This document shows positions 25,679-39,167 of a stretch of DNA of 64,000 bases, in pieces (the first letter of the stretch is position 1; every line of letters starts with the position of its first letter). The DNA comes from Camelus dromedarius. Its lineage: Eukaryota. The stretch is taken from NCBI RefSeq assembly GCF_036321535.1, contig NC_087436.1:25298001-25362000 (forward strand), in the 5' to 3' direction. A program made the translations under genes and the position numbers. Below the pieces are notes generated by a model. That model was not told the DNA's origin. It worked only from the letters and a program-made list of their open reading frames with translations, and ran no database searches.

Positions 25679-27741
25679 GTATGTTTGCTCAGCACTCAGA
25701 CTGCACCTTAAGGTTTCATAGAATGTCTTACTTGACCAAACCTATTTTGTGCTTTTGACTATTTGAGTCATTTTGAAGAGGCTGAGTGCAAGTCTAGATA
25801 GTGACCAAACAGGGGAAAGTGTTGCTTTTTTTTTTTAATGATAAAAATCCAGTGGAGTGGATAAAGAGGCTAATTTGTTACTCTGTCATGAGAGATTTCA
25901 GCAAAAAATCGCCACCATTCAATAGTATTGACTGGAGCATCATTATGGGAACAAAGTATGTAAAAGAATGAAATACATAGAGAGACAGAAATGATGAAAA
26001 GGAAAGGCATTGCTCCAAAACTACAATCTTTCTCATTCTTAAAAGGGATATGAGAATGTGAAATAAAGCGATGACTTTGAAAGCAGATGTACAGTGCTGT
26101 GTGTGCTGTTCTGTTGGTATAAATCATAAAAATGCTCCACAGTGTAAATGTTGAGGATACTTTTATTGAATTACTGCAACAATACTAACGTGCCATGAAA
26201 GAAAGGCATCCATATATATGCTAATGAAGAAAAGGCAACACACTGTAACTACGGCACAAATCATAAAATACTCACTTTGTGTTTGTTGAGAATCCAAAGA
26301 GGTTCTGTTTTAACTTGATACAAGGTGCAATTTGGCTGGAAAAGAGGTGTATGTGAAACAGATTGTTAAATGCTCTTTTACTGCTACTCGCTATTTAACA
26401 AGGTGCTCCAGTGTGATGAGAGGGAAGGACAACTTGACTTAAATATGCTTTTAAATCACTTTGATGAGTCTGGAGGAGGATATTGACCCCAAAAGAAGTG
26501 GCTTTGGAAATCCCTTTGATGAGTGTGAAGTCTGTTGGGTAGCCATTGACCAAGTGGATGTGGTTGAATAGTTGGAATGGTTGGCTATACATTTGGTTGT
26601 ACCTGTTTTTTTATCTGCCTGTTAAACTCAGAATGAAAGATTCTCATGAGCCCCCTAACGCATTCTTGAAGTGGCCTTAAAGGTATCCCACCAAATTGTC
26701 ATTGTTCTTTCTACATCTAGGCATGAGGGAATTTAACTATACGTGACTGAAATGTGTCATTTCCATTGTCACATTTTAGGGTGCATTGAAATGAGTTGAC
26801 AAAATATACTGTATCTTTTCTCATTTGTTGCTTTATATCTCTTTTAGAATGTTAATATTTCAATATTTCTAGTCTTTGAGCCAGACTTATAAAACTTTTG
26901 GACCCTGAACTTTACGTCTTCTAAGTAACATGCCTAAATTACTTTTGCTTCTGCGACTTTGTAGATAATAAAATTTGCTCCTTAACACCTTTCCCTCCCA
27001 TACCGATCACAGGGGCGCTGTCTTCAGAGTTGGTGAGGAGATAGCGAAAATGGCTCAGCGCACCATGCTCAGAACTGCTGTTTGGGGAGCTCCACACACC
27101 CTTTCACCTGCTGGTGACTCTCTTTGTGTTCCGAGTCCTGTAATGATCAGGGCAGTTTTAGCCTGGTGCTAATAATTTTGTAGACCAACTGCTTTAACTT
27201 AGTTTCCTCGCTATGGCATAAATCCTGGTCCCAGCAAAATTGCTAGTAGAGGTCAGAAATTACCTGAGTTGTGTCGAGGGTTTTGCACCAAGTAGTGCTC
27301 TGGCCTAAGGAATTCCTCAGAGGGTATGTCTGCAGGGACACTTTATAGAAGAGAAGCGCATTTTGTATCCTAATTATAAATTTGCTAATAAAAACCCTCA
27401 AGGCTGGACAAGGCATATAGATTCAGCTCATCATCTGAAAGAACCTGGTCTTACTCTAGCTGATTAGAAATATATTTGAAATGTATCCAGAGTGCAGACT
27501 TTTTCTCTTCCCATCAGGTCATGTTTACTCAATGTGGAGACTACTTTGAATTAATGCTAGAGGGATCCTTTGAGTCTTGTTCCTTTTTTACTTCTCCCTT
27601 CTGGAAGTTCCAATTTTATCCCTCCCACTCCCTTTGTAATGAAGCCAGCTCATCTCGTTTTTGTTGTCTCTCCCGGAATTGGCATGAGAAGACTCGTTTT
27701 GCTCTGAATGTCACCTCCTGCAGAGTGGAGTGTTAATGATA

Positions 27742-28100
27742 TGATGGTGGCTTTGTAAGGTGTCACCTTGGCCAGGATGAACTAACTTCCTAAAATTGCT
27801 TTTCCTGTATGTTTCTGGTTAGGATGAGATTAGGAGAGATTCTTGTGGGAGATGAGGAGGCAGGAGGTGAAGCAGTAGCCGTATCTTGCACATGTCACTG
27901 ACCTGCTGGGGCATCTCATGGGTGGGAGGCAGTAGTGGGGCTGCTAATACTCCACCTTCTGCTCGATCCTGTGTCAGCTTCTCTGCCAAGTGTGTGTGCT
28001 CAGCACCGTGAAGAAGGGTCCTAGCCTCTGTAGGACACCCATATCACCAAGGTCACACAAGCATATAGAACCGATGTGGGTTTCCATTTGTCATTGTGGG
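27742..28100 (+). mobile_element. ERVL-class LTR fragment, same family as 30076-30590
   Basis: 'tgatggtggctttgtaaggtgtcaccttggccagg...ctgtatgtttctggttagg' aligns with 30076-30170. Confidence 0.65.
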
Positions 28101-28559
28101 ACATTGCTTAATACTCATCTGTATTTATAGCCTTATCTACATATCTATCCTAGTGAAGGCAATTAATTGTCAAAGTAGACATGCTTATCATAAGAGACAG
28201 TATATAGCTACCTGGTATATAGCTATTCACCTGCACAAAAAAAGCAAGAAGTAGTATATTTTCAGCTGGCAGGGCTGATGATACACTTCCACTGTCCTAC
28301 TTCAGGGATATATGAACTTCATATGTTACAGTCTGTGCCACAGAGATCCCCAGCAGTTCTGTTCCACAGGACAATAGCCTTGTCCATTACAGCAATTACA
28401 TACTTCTGGTTGGGCTGGTGTGCGGGAAATAGCAACCACTCTAAGCATATTGGTAACATACGTGAATGATGGTGAGAAATAAAATGCGCCAGAAAAAGGA
28501 ACAGTATCTAAGCAGGCGTTTTTGGGTTCTGAAAACAACACATGACTCCTTTGTGAGTG

Positions 28560-29310
28560 TTACTCTGACCCATTTACTGAGCGACCCAGTAAGTGGCCAG
28601 CTTTGAGTGAGGCTCAGGACAGACCAAGCTCTGTACCAGGGCCAGCGGTGCACAGCCTGCTTTGCCAAACGGACCGTGTGACGTTTCCTTTGGAGGGACC
28701 TTCTGTGTGCTTTGTTTGTGTTTCTGCCTCTTCTCTGTACAAAACTCAGAGCCACTGTTCCAGAGCTGGAACAGTGACCTACTTGTTTCGGCATGACCTC
28801 CTGCATTATGGGCAGGGCACTGGGCAGGACGGGCAGTTTTGACCTTTTTGGCTTACCTCTCCTAACCCAAAGCCTCTACCCATTGAAGGAGCTGGGGTGA
28901 GGACGCCTGAGACCCCCATGTTCTCAGCCCCCTGTGCCTGGGCTAGAGCCTCTGCCAAATAGTGGGGGCTGCTTGGAGAGCCCCCAACCCCTTATCTGCA
29001 CTCATCTGGCATTTAGCCTGATACAGGCTGTGGGGCGGTGGGAAACACTAGAAGCTTGCCTGTCTGGGGGGCTGCACAGCCCTTGACCCGAGGGGCAATG
29101 GAGTTCCCTCTTCTTGGCCACACCCACCTGAGTGCATCTCCCATTAGCTGACCTGTGGAGGGGACAGGGTGAGCAGGTCATGCCTCAAGTGTCCCAGGCT
29201 CTTATTGTCCCTATCAAGATGAAACAGACTTTTGAATCAAGTTGTCTTCATTTGATATATGTCCCTAGAACAGTTTCCGAGACACTTTTTTGGTAATTTT
29301 TACCAACTAA
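28560..29310 (-). mobile_element. Ancient L1 5'-end fragment (probable)
   Basis: Right end 'ctcttattgtccctatcaagatgaaacagacttttgaat...aatttttacca' resembles the L1M 5' antisense also seen at 52385-52510. Confidence 0.45.
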
Positions 29311-29368
29311 AATTCCTCACACTGCCTTCCTGGTCGTGTATCTCTATGCTCCATGTTAACTTGCTTTT

Positions 29369-29937
29369 TTTTTTTTTTTTTTAAGTGAAGTATAGTTTAC
29401 AATGTTGTCAATTTCTGGTGTACAGAATAATGCTTCTTTCATTCATGAACATACATATATTTGTTTTCATATTCTTTTTCACCATAAGTTACTGCAAGAT
29501 ATTGAATATAGTTCCCTGTGCTATACAGAAGAAACTTGTTTATCTATTTTATATATAGTATTTAGTATCTGCAAATCTCAAACTCCCAATTTATCCCTTC
29601 CCACTCCCTTTAACACTGGTAACCTTAAGTTTTTCTCTGTGATTCTGTTTCTGTTCTGTAAATAAATTCATTTACGTCTTTTTTTTTTTTTTTTGGATTC
29701 CACATATAAGTGATATCATATGATATTTTTCTTTCTCTTTCTGGCTTACTTCGCTTAGAATGACAATCTCCAGGTCCATGCATCTTGATGCATATGGCAT
29801 TATTCTATTTTTATGGCTGAGTAGTATCCCATTGTGTAAATATACCACAGCTTCTTTATCCAGTCATCTGCCGATGGACGTTTGGGTTGTTTCCATGTCT
29901 TGGCTATTGTTTATAGTGCTGCTGTGAACATAAGGGT
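29369..29937 (-). mobile_element. Young 5'-truncated LINE-1 with TSD
   Basis: Poly-T then gaagtatagtttacaatgttgtcaatttctggtgtacag; TSD catgttaacttgctttt (29352-29368) / catgttagcttgctttt (29938-29954). Confidence 0.95.
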
Positions 29938-30075
29938 CATGTTAGCTTGCTTTTGATTGCACTTGATATTTTATTGTATCTCATTAAGTGGAGGTGTGGC
30001 TTTGCTTTGATCTTTATTTGGAAGTTGAGGATGGTTTAATGAAATGTCTGTGTATACCAAATTCAGAAGGGGTTG

Positions 30076-30595
30076 ATCATGGTCATTGTGTGTTGTGTCC
30101 ATTTGGCTAGGCTGAAATACATTTCCCAGAACTCTCTTTTCTGTATGTATCTGGTTAGGGTGGGCTGCATGAGACATTCTTCTGGGATATATAAAATACA
30201 GCAATAGCTATTTCACACACACTGTTGCTTATTTGACGATTCATGTTATTGTTGTGAGGGAGCCACAGGCCTGTGACTGTCCCAGCTTTCTCTGGAGCCG
30301 CGCTCAGTTTCTCTGGTTCCTAGTCTGAGGTGTGGCTTTAAGATGTCCCAGCTTCTGGAGTTCCAGTGCAACAAGTCATGGGTTTCTGTGTGTGGTCATG
30401 GGCTTTGCTTGTGTTTGTGGTTCCAGTGTATTCGTGCTCTTCCTCCCAGACTTTTAGCTCCAGCATCAGATAGGAAGGCAGCCCTTCACAGACACTGCTT
30501 AACCAGCTCCCGCAAATCTATAAAGTCAAATTCCTATTTAAAAAACCATTATCTATCTCCTAGTGTTTCTGCTTCTTTGAAACCTAAATAATATA
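30076..30595 (+). mobile_element. ERVL-class LTR
   Basis: 'catggtcattgtgtgttgtgtccatttggctaggctgaa...cccagaactctctttctg'; terminal 'ctagtgtttctgcttctttgaaacct'. Confidence 0.65.
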
Positions 30596-31477
30596 AACAT
30601 CAGCAAACCTTCCTCTTGTTTACACTGAGGGACTTTCTAAACATGACTCCAAAGCACAACCGTGCAAAAACAGTAAACATAAACACTTGAGTGAATTGAG
30701 GGGGCCAAAGCATCTGCTGTGGAAAATAAACTTCAGGACCTCTCCTATTGTAGAGGGGACGTGAAGAAACTTGAGTCAGAACGTTGTGAAAACCTCATGC
30801 CTCTTCTGAGGGACACTGCCCTTCTCAGAAACATGACCAAGATGCTCTTCCATTGGCTTTAGTGGAGCGCTGGTGACCTAAGACGGTGTTTAGATGAACG
30901 ATTTCTAAAAAGGAAAGAAAAACCTCAAACAAAGCTGTTGTTTCAGACACACTTGGATGAGTTGGAGACTTTTCCACAGAAACACATAATGGGTGAGAAT
31001 GTTGGCTTCACCCATTTGAGACCTTGAGCAAGTTGTTTAACCACCTGGCATCTCAGTTTCCTTGTAACACATAGACTTTTGTTAGGATTGCAGAGTTCAT
31101 GCTAGCTACTTACTGGGATTTGCTCCCCTCCCTCAGCCCTTCAGTTCACCTCTGCAAAGGAAGTTTGGGATAAACTAAGGAGATTCTCTGGCAATCCTTC
31201 CCAGCTGACTAATCCGGGGCTGTTTAGGTCCTGCTCTTGGGGTCACTGGCTTTCTCAAGCACTAGTGTTTCTATTCTTGGTTTCTTTCATTTCCAGATCT
31301 TGCTCTGGTCTTCTTGGCGTCCCTTGTTGTTGGCCCAACATCCAAACTCTTTGCTTAGGACAAATGTAAGTTTTGCTCCTAGAGGAAATAGTCTTTCCCT
31401 ACAATATAATGTTTCTTTGTGACCTTCTGAGGGGTTTGGGCCTTTGGGATGCTGAAGAACGCTGCTTTTATAGGTGT

Positions 31478-31497
31478 ATTGCCCCCTCTGCTGGCGA
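31478..31497 (-). promoter_or_regulatory. CTCF-like motif
   Basis: Minus strand reads cgCCAGCAGAGGGGGCaat vs core CCAGCAGAGGGCGC (1 mismatch). Confidence 0.45.
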
Positions 31498-31519
31498 CAT
31501 TTATAATAACAGCAATAGC

Positions 31520-31950
31520 TGAGAGCTGAACTCTTCCCATGTTCCTGGTGCAGTGCGAGATTTGTACATACCACATCATTTAACTTCACACCAGCTCTAT
31601 CAATCCTATCTTATGGACAAGGAAACTAATGCTTGGAGGGAGTAACTTGACATCACACAGCTGGTGAGCCAGCATAGGACCCAGGTAGTCTGGTTCTAGA
31701 AATTGCTCATTTCATCAGTATTCTACACAAAGAGCTGCTTTGAGCTCTGTTAGGATTGGCGTATAAATCTTTGCTACCTGCTGACAAACATTGAACTCTT
31801 ATCCCACGCGGGACCTTCCCAAAGGAACCTAAACTCACGTAATCAGATAAAAATATCTATCTCATGAGATTGTTGTGAGGATCAAGGAAATTTTAATGTA
31901 AACAATCAGCATAATATCTGACATGTAGTAGGTCCTAAATAAATACTGCT
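31520..31950. mobile_element. MIR fragments
   Basis: 'atcctatcttatggacaaggaaactaatgcttggagggagtaacttg' and 'ctatctcatgagattgttgtgaggatcaa...catgtagtaggtcctaaataaat'. Confidence 0.65.
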
Positions 31951-33850
31951 TAATTTTCTCCCAGGTCTATCCAGTGTCTTTGCACTTCTAGCTGCCATGG
32001 GAAATTTTCCTAACAGCCCTGTAGCCTTTAAGCATCTTTCTAGAGAACTAAAGATATTTTAATCCCTTTTTATTACAGAATATTAAGCTTCATGGTGTTT
32101 GAAACTGTCCTTAATTCTAAAATCTCCATTCACCATTTTTCCCACCCTCATCCTTTTCATAAGACTTATAGCCCTTGATGCAAATTAGAGCCCTGATGAT
32201 TTGCCTTGATACCTCAGGGTGACAAGACAGAGACAAGATCAGTTTGCTGTTCATACAGGTAAACCAAGGACTATCATATAGCAGGATACACACTGTGCAA
32301 CTAGTACACAAAATGAAGTTCAGGTTCACTAGGTACCTCATTTAGGAATACTTGCAGCTGCAAGTAAGAGATTTACTGTGGCTTAAACAGAGTTATTTAC
32401 CTTGTCTATTCCCTCAGGCTTGTCACATTATGACACCAAAATGGCTGCTGTAGCTCCAGGCATCATGTCCACATTCAAGGCAGGAAAAAAGGGAAAGGAA
32501 TTTTGGATCATCAGCTGATAAGTGCATAGGTAGACATGGTAAAATGTTATATTATGTTTTTCCACTTCTCAGGAAAAGCAAAAAAAAAAAAAAAAAAAAA
32601 AAAAAATCAGTTTGCTCCTTCATTCCCTGTGTCCTTGTTCTAGATTGAGTGATGTCAAGACTAATTCATGTTTGTAAAACTCTTTTTAAGTCCAGGTTTT
32701 TGTTTGTCTGTTTGTTTTTTCCTGGGCAAACAAGGTGATTCAGGATGCCTGGCATTTAGTTTAGCATGTAATGTAGTTGTTTGGATGAGTCAATGGAAAC
32801 TGTGAGTCCCCATACCTGCTATTAGATCCAAATATGAGTGCACACCTGCTCTCATATCAGAATGGCTTACAACATATATGGTCATTGTTTCAAGAAAGTG
32901 AGGGAATTTGAGTGCCTTTGTTTCCAGTGCCGACTTTGCTAAGTGAGGGATATTTAAACATGCTAGGCCTTTGCCTTTTAACCTTTTTGTGCAAATTAGA
33001 GGGGTTGGAACCAGTGATCTCTAAAGTTCATTTCTCTTGAATTCAGCGGTTATCAAATTTCAGATCTCTTCCTGCAGAATTACTAGCAAAAACCTTGACA
33101 TCCTGCTGGGTGTTTGTCTATCAGATTCAGAAATAGGCACTAGAGTTATTGTTTGCATATAACTTGAAACTATAATAACATAGAAATTAAATTTATAATA
33201 CTTCTAGTGACATTTTACAATGTTTTTATTGCAAGTGAATCATTTTCTTAAATCTTGGGTTATCAATTATCATTAAAAACTTGAATACAAAAGCTTGGCT
33301 GAGCTGGCCAAGGAGAGGTTAGATGACTGAGAAACAAAGGATTCTTGGTGAAACTGAAGACTTCATTTGAGAACCAAAAATCTTATCAAATAATCTCTTG
33401 GACCTTGAGCCACATATTTTCCCTGAAAAGTATGCATTTTTTTCCAGCGAAATTTTGTTGAGGTGTATGTTATTGAGGAATGAAGTGAGATGAAGATATA
33501 GAAATGTTATTTAATGGCATACTGTCCTAGAAATCTGGAGACCTGCAGGAGATTTAAAAATTCCAAGCCTTGTGATAACTTTTCAAAAGACTGTCAAATT
33601 ATCAAAATGCACATGAATCACGTTTTAATATACTTGATGGGTGGGTGAGGCTGTCCTTTGTACCATTTCTTTCTTTGAATTCTCAAGCATGGTTTGGCAG
33701 TGCAAGAACTCTGTAACTTTAACAAATTCAATGAAAAGTGAATATATGGGGGAAAAAAGAACTTTTATGTAACTCTTGATAGAAAAGTGTACTAGGTTTG
33801 AAATACAATGGAAAATATTTTATAACTCTAGAGGTCACAGTTGTAACTTA

Positions 33851-34159
33851 TTTTATTCTATTTTTATTGAAGTACCATCATTTACAATGTGTCAATTTCT
33901 GGTGTACGGCACAGTGTCCCAGTCATGCACGTATATACATATATTCATTTTCATATTTTTTATTAAAGGTTATTACAAGATATTGAACATAGTTCCCCCT
34001 GATATACAGCAGAACCTTTTTTTAAAATCTATTTTTATATATAGTGGCTGACATCTGTAAATCTCAAACTCCCAAATGTATCCCTTCCCGCCCTCTTTCC
34101 CCTGGTAACCATAAGGTTGTTTACTATGTCTGAGAGTCTGTTTCTGTTTTGTAGATGAA
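33851..34159 (-). mobile_element. Young 5'-truncated LINE-1 3' end with TSD
   Basis: 'tttattgaagtaccatcatttacaatgtgtcaatttctggtgtac'; TSD cacagttgta 33836-33845 / 34160-34169. Confidence 0.92.
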
Positions 34160-37100
34160 CACAGTTGTATTTTAAAATTGTAACATACTATCTCTTACTA
34201 CAGTATCACCATTCCATGTATAATTACGGATATTGCTGAATAATTTAAGTAGATTAGTTAAAATATACCTTGACAAGAACGTTTTAGGTTTGTTACCCCT
34301 TAGTGGGAGGATAGTTGGCGTCCTTGAGGCTAGTGATCTGTGGTTCTGACCCAGATCTTCTTTATAAGACATGAATAAACTTCAAAGAATTTGAGGATAA
34401 TCTTATCAAAAAGGGTTAAAAAATATAGTAGAGGAAATATGATTTGTCTGAAGGTGGTTCACACAGTTCTAACTTTGCACAGTATAGTACAACAGACTGA
34501 TTACAGCTTCTAGCTTATCAGGATTAAATATTATAATTTCAAAACTGCTCAGGTATATTAAACCCTTGCCTAGCCACTCTTTGGCTTGTTGACATTTTGT
34601 GTTGTAATTAGCATGCAAAGGAAGTTTACACGTGTCTATTGTAGGAGACTCCATACCTGCTCCCTCTGGCTATCTCTTTCAACAGATTGCATTAAGGACA
34701 ATACAAAATACTTTGATTTTACAAATAGTCGTCTTAGTAATATGGCACTGCTCGGATAACTAATCAATTATTCTACATCTCAAACCCGGTGGCCAGGAAG
34801 ACAAGGAAGTTCCAACAGCAGTGAGGGGAAGGAGACTCACACTCACAACAGCAGGACTGGCGTGCCATTCTGCCTGCGTGGAATCAACCTGTAGTGTTTT
34901 CTATTTGTGTATTTAAGAAAAATAAGTGAAATCAAGAAATTTGAATTTATGTGTCTCAGGGAAAGCCCAGTAAACTTTGCTTATATTGAAAAGTTAAGAA
35001 CAACTAGGTAGACTTCTACCTCTCACCACTTGCTACCAACTGTAACACTGTGCCCTTCCAAGGCCATTCATTTCCCTCTCAGGACATGGGACCTGGTGTC
35101 CTACGGCACATTTATCATGCACCAGCATGATTTATATGCCTACATCTTAGAATTCCCTTGCTTCAGAGATGAAACAGCAACCGAATACAAAGTTAAATAT
35201 TTGGGGTTGGAGTGTCAATACACAGAAATAGTGAAAGTCTTAGTATTAATTGTTATATAACTTAAATAGAGTAAGGAGCAGAGGAGAGTTCAAAAAAGAG
35301 AGCAAACAAAATAAAGCCTTTAAGGTACTTTGCTTATCTGCATTTCTTATTCCAGCTATAACTTGCCTTATAAATCAGTACTTTCAGATCTCGCTCTTGA
35401 TGCAACGCTCGAGCTGACTGGGCTGAATAACAATTTTGTCCTTAGGTGGAGAGAAATGAAGAAGGGGTAAACAGGCCTTCTAGGTAATTGCATCAGCCTT
35501 CTCCACTGTTCCAATGCCATGCTAACATTTCAAGTAATGTCCCTTTTGTCTCGCTGAGAAAAATCATTTCATGATTTATTACACTGGATTAAAGACCGTA
35601 TACTCTCTGGAGCTAGAACATGATTAAAGGGCAATCTGGCAGGAAGGATGTCGACAGAGTTGGTATGTTTAAATTTTTCTGAATTCCTAAAATAAATTTT
35701 TGGGGCTACTTTCTCAAGAAGGCAATCGGATGATAAAACAGACATGAGTTACATAAATATAGATGATGATGCCTGCCTTGTTATCTCCATATTCTAGAAT
35801 TAAGATAAGAAATCGGTTCTGCAGAAAGCTTGCTTTTTTTGAGATGTGTGTTTCATCACCATTTGTCAAAATGAATTTCATAATGCGGACTTCTTTCAAC
35901 AGCTTTCATTGTCCTTGAGGTCAAGAGCCTGAGGTTTTGCACCCGTTGCTCAAATGTGCAGAAAATGCCATAAAAATGAGCCTTTGATTTTTTTTCTAGA
36001 TATCACTTTTAAAAAGTACGAAAATCACAGTTTATTATGGCTTTCTGTGTTCTCCATGCCTGAAATAAGAGAGGGGCTTCAGTCAGTATGGGAGTGATGA
36101 AATGTGATTTCTCATTTCTGTGATGGTTTCGCTCCAGATAAGAAAGTTAGCCATTTTATCTACTTATTACTCAGTGACGGCCTCTTTGATTAAATAAGAT
36201 GACAAGTTTCCTTCTTAATATGAACTTTAAATTTTTAAAAGCAAAAGAAAGATATTATTTTCAATGCTTTGTGTGGAAAGCTGAATCCTCTACTATATAC
36301 TCCAATACGTGGAATATTTAAATAGTTAGAGGTTTCAGCAGAATCCAGTTCTACTCTTCCAAGAACACAGTCCATCCACTCTTTTCCACTCAGGCATTTC
36401 ACAAAATTTTGTAAACAGAAAGAGAAAACCTGCTTAGCCAGCCAATTATCTGTTTAAGTCAGATTATTTATCACAGAGGGTGATGGGTATTGTGTTCCAT
36501 TCCCATTCATTCATGTGTATCATTTGTACACTTTATTAAAACATAAATTCAAAATAAAAAGGGAGCCATGACATATCATCATCACCAACAAAGTTACACT
36601 AATCACAGAAACCTTATGTTTTCTAGGGACTAATCTACTCTGAAAGCATAATTTTCAAAATAGTTAAGACTTGATTTTTACGTAAGTTGAATGAGCATGA
36701 ATAAAAGGTTATTTAACTCATTAACAAGGTAACCAAAAGGATGATCAAACTAATTAAAAATTTACAGACTGACATATTTATAATCACTGAAAGATAGTAT
36801 TTGGGCATACAACTGCTAAATTAAATAAAAATGTTATCACTGCCTTTCTGGGATTTGTGGGTATGGCTTTTGACTGATAGAATAAACCTTCATGAGACTC
36901 ACTGAGGGCCACAAAGTTCTTCCCATACTTGGACTGAAAGAGAGAGGGACAGTACAAAATGAAAGCAGGTCACTCAGCCCCAGAAAGCAGGCTGAGAAAA
37001 CTAGTTAGTGGCAAGCTTGTGCCAAATTTCTCAAAGGAAACATTTTGATAAAGATTTGTTGCTTCCAGTCATTATGTTTTGGAGGAATTTGTTACTCAGC

Positions 37101-37339
37101 TGTAGATAACTAAGATACAATGAAAGATTCAATGTTGTATTTTAAATAAGTGACTTACACATAATTTAGCAATAGAGATGAGAGGTGCGCAGACGTCCGT
37201 AACACAAATTAAGAAAGATAAGGATCAAAAGAGAAGCTCATAGGAAGACTTACACTAGCTCATTGAAAAAGAATGAGCAAGGAGCACATCTGACCGTGGG
37301 GACAGGAACAGGCAAGCCAGATGTGTAAGGAGTCACTGA

Positions 37340-37575
37340 AAACACAGGAGCTGGACTTGAACCCTGACTGCTGATTATGAGTAGTGCATCTGGGTCTAGT
37401 CAACTTCCTTTACCAGTTTCTCTACATATAAGATGTGAGGGTTAAACAGAATGAAGATGCATCTTGTTTGCCAGGGACAGTCTGCCTTTATGCCACTTCC
37501 TTAGCATGTGTATTAATAAGTGATCTCTTTCACTCTCAATACGGTCTTGATTTGGATGCTAAATTATATGGTGAA
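37340..37575. mobile_element. MIR fragment followed by a MER94-like hAT-Blackjack element
   Basis: 'gttgccagggacagtc'-like start and terminal 'gatttggatgctaaattatatggt' (MER94 end); a second MER94 end occurs at 48223-48253. Confidence 0.55.
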
Positions 37576-39167
37576 ATTATTAATTGAAATAATACATATG
37601 CAATTTTGCAAGTTATATTAAAGAAAAAAGACCCCAAATTTACTCTTCACAACAAACATAATTAACATTTAGTGAGTTTTATCCAGTTAACCCTTTGCAC
37701 GTACATATAGACATGTACAGAGATATCATCTGTTTTTGCATGTGAGTCTATACGTGAATGTACACACACTATATGCCTATAGAACATATAAAATTAGAAA
37801 CCATGTTTACACAACAGTTTAGAAGACTAGTTTGTTGATGGTAAGTCATCTAACTCAGAGGAGGGGATGGATATCACAGCAGATCTGGTACTGGGTTATC
37901 CCACTTCATGTACAAGATGGATCTGTTTCTATCTGATGGGATGTAACGTGTGAAATGAGAACTTTTACAGTCAGTCACAGCTGTAGTGATGTCACACCCA
38001 GAATAAAATATTTAAAAAGTAAACCCAACAAAACAAAGAGCTAAACTTCAAGCAGAATCAGCTGGGGGTGGGGGGTGGTGGAGGCAATGGGAATAGGAAT
38101 TAAGAAGTAACCAGTCACCTCTGTTTTCATCAAGTATCACTTTGGTGATGAGGACTTTGATTATTCTTACAACAACTAAGGGTACAGAGACATGAACACC
38201 TTATTTGGGGGTTTGGATATTCATCCTGTTATAACTTTATACAAAACAAGTTCTTAAAACTACTTTAGTGTCACACTCACCCTTCAGTGACGATGAGGAG
38301 TGGTACTCAGCTGACTTTACCTCGCTGATTATGGAGAGTAGTGTATGGAATCACTCCTACTGTCACTCCAAGGTGATTCACTGGAAATCTAAGTCTTCAG
38401 AATTAAAGCATTAAGAAGAGTGTTTAATAAAATCTTTAACTTAAAAAAAAGTTCATTGTCTTGGGTACTGTCTCAGGACATGGATTTAACAGTCTGGCAG
38501 GACCATGGGCGTGGGGCAAACTCGCCACTCGTGTAGCTTTTAGAAAACTTGAGAAAGTGATAACTAAGTGAACAAAGGAAAATGTGTGTGGCAGATGGTA
38601 AAAGAAGTAATAAAAGGCTTAGATGTGAATGCTGAAATATATGTATGCAGTGAGACCGGAACACTTGCCAGAGGATTATTTTCCATTGGTGTGGGGGGAG
38701 GCGGGGTCCAGAGGACAGACCAGTCCCCAGGGCCACCAGGAACAGCACCAGCATCACTGAACTCAGTGTGGCCGCCCCCGCAGACCAGGGCTGCCTACCT
38801 CACGTGAGGGGTTACTTCCCTGTGTGTCGTAGTCTAAGAAGCACAGCTGCCGACTTCATGCTTTTAAGACAGTGCTCATTCCCTGAAATTCTCTCAAGGC
38901 TGGTTCTTAAGCCCGAACTGTACAAAATTACTGTTAATGTACTTTTTCTTAAGAAAACAATTGCTTTTCTCTTTGTACTAATGTATTACTTGACTTCTAG
39001 AAATTACTGTCCATAGAATATCATCATAATATCCTGAGTGGTCAGAAAAGTTTAGTAGAAATGAGCACAGGTCTCAAATTAGAAAGAGCTTTTTTTTTTT
39101 TTCTTTTTTTGTTACCAGATATGTAATTTTGTCTATAAAAGTCTCTAACTTTTAAATTCCTTATATT

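Noticed and set aside
27005..27085. CTCF/REST-like motifs (caggggcgctgtc; cagcgcaccatgctcag)
   Set aside because: Only half-sites or several mismatches; spacing does not fit a canonical RE1 or CTCF site.
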